Below are positions 63,331-64,000 of a DNA stretch of 64,000 nt, one piece after another (within the stretch, counting starts at the first letter, position 1; the number at the start of each line of letters is the position of its first letter). The notes under the pieces were generated by a model. It did not search any database. It was not told the DNA's origin and saw only the letters and a list, made by a program, of their open reading frames with translations. Source of the DNA: Takakia lepidozioides (lineage: Eukaryota; Plantae; Bryophyta); NCBI GenBank assembly GCA_030704615.1, contig CM060734.1:7192001-7256000 (forward strand), read 5' to 3'. A program made the translations under genes and the position numbers.

Positions 63331-64000
63331 TATTATGAGATTATGCACATTCCCACTATCTCACGTTCTCTCATAATGCACATTCTCTCCATCTCACAAT
63401 CACTTTACACAGAGATGCTTGGAATAGCATGGCTTTACTTCAGAGTCATCACATCATAGCATAAATACACAGTGAATCACTCTGATTCCACTGGATACAC
63501 ACTGATCACTGACACCTTCTAAGTTGCGTGCATCCCTTTTATACTATGCTCAAAAGAGCCGTTACAGCCTGCAGTCGTTAATGACCGTTGCCTAACTGCC
63601 TACGCAACCTAAAGGGTTTGCCCATGGTCGTGGTCGTGAGTCGTGGTTGTGTGCCATAGTGGTACACGGTCCACGGCCCTTCACTACTTCTTCTATTAGT
63701 AAAGCCTATGCTACCGTGGCCGTGTGATATCGTGGTTCACGGCCCACGGCTGCTACCCTACCCGCTGCTGTTCCTCGTGGTAGTGTGTTCCGCTGCTGCT
63801 AAGTGCCGAGCACTTAGCCTTTTCTGCTTTGTGGCCGGGTAGTGTGAAGTAAATCATTACCCGCCATATACCGTCGTGGCTTCAGCTGTCTTGCCCTCGT
63901 GGTACTGACACTTAGCCGTTATCAGGGCTCAGATGAAGCCTAGGGAAGGCCAGAGAGGATTTCAGATCCAGAGGTCTCTCCCTTCATTCTCAAGTCAACA

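Noticed and set aside
63331-64000. Minus-strand LTR-like sequence
   Set aside because: Cut off by the window edge, with no partner LTR or TSD to confirm it.

Overview
Eukaryotic, transposon-dense genomic DNA from a non-flowering land plant (inferred from PLS-class PPRs, the GIY-YIG form of NFU1 and the TE families). Only one gene looks intact: a 4-exon plastid GIY-YIG-NFU1 on the minus strand (54707-51863). The rest is nested or degraded material. It includes a full-length 13-kb Ty3/Gypsy element (23842-36818, TSD GTGTT, extra ORFs before gag and after pol), a CACTA/EnSpm transposase, a SWIM-finger transposase relic and an RNase H + restriction-like-endonuclease (Dualen/RandI-like) LINE. There are also Copia, LINE, hAT and Gypsy fragments, a 120-bp satellite, a fold-back duplication, and PPR and F-box/kelch pseudogenes. 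Three observations stand out. (1) Three diverged, intron-containing copies of a bacterial-type beta-class DNA amino-methyltransferase-like (N6A/N4C) gene, two of them next to DNA-transposase genes, suggesting a transposon-borne DNA-modification module. (2) An array of covarying palindromes centred on GTYRAC in and upstream of one methylase copy. (3) A gene relic fusing tandem OSB-type PDF ssDNA-binding motifs to a PLS PPR array. All family assignments come from motif recognition by eye, not database searches.
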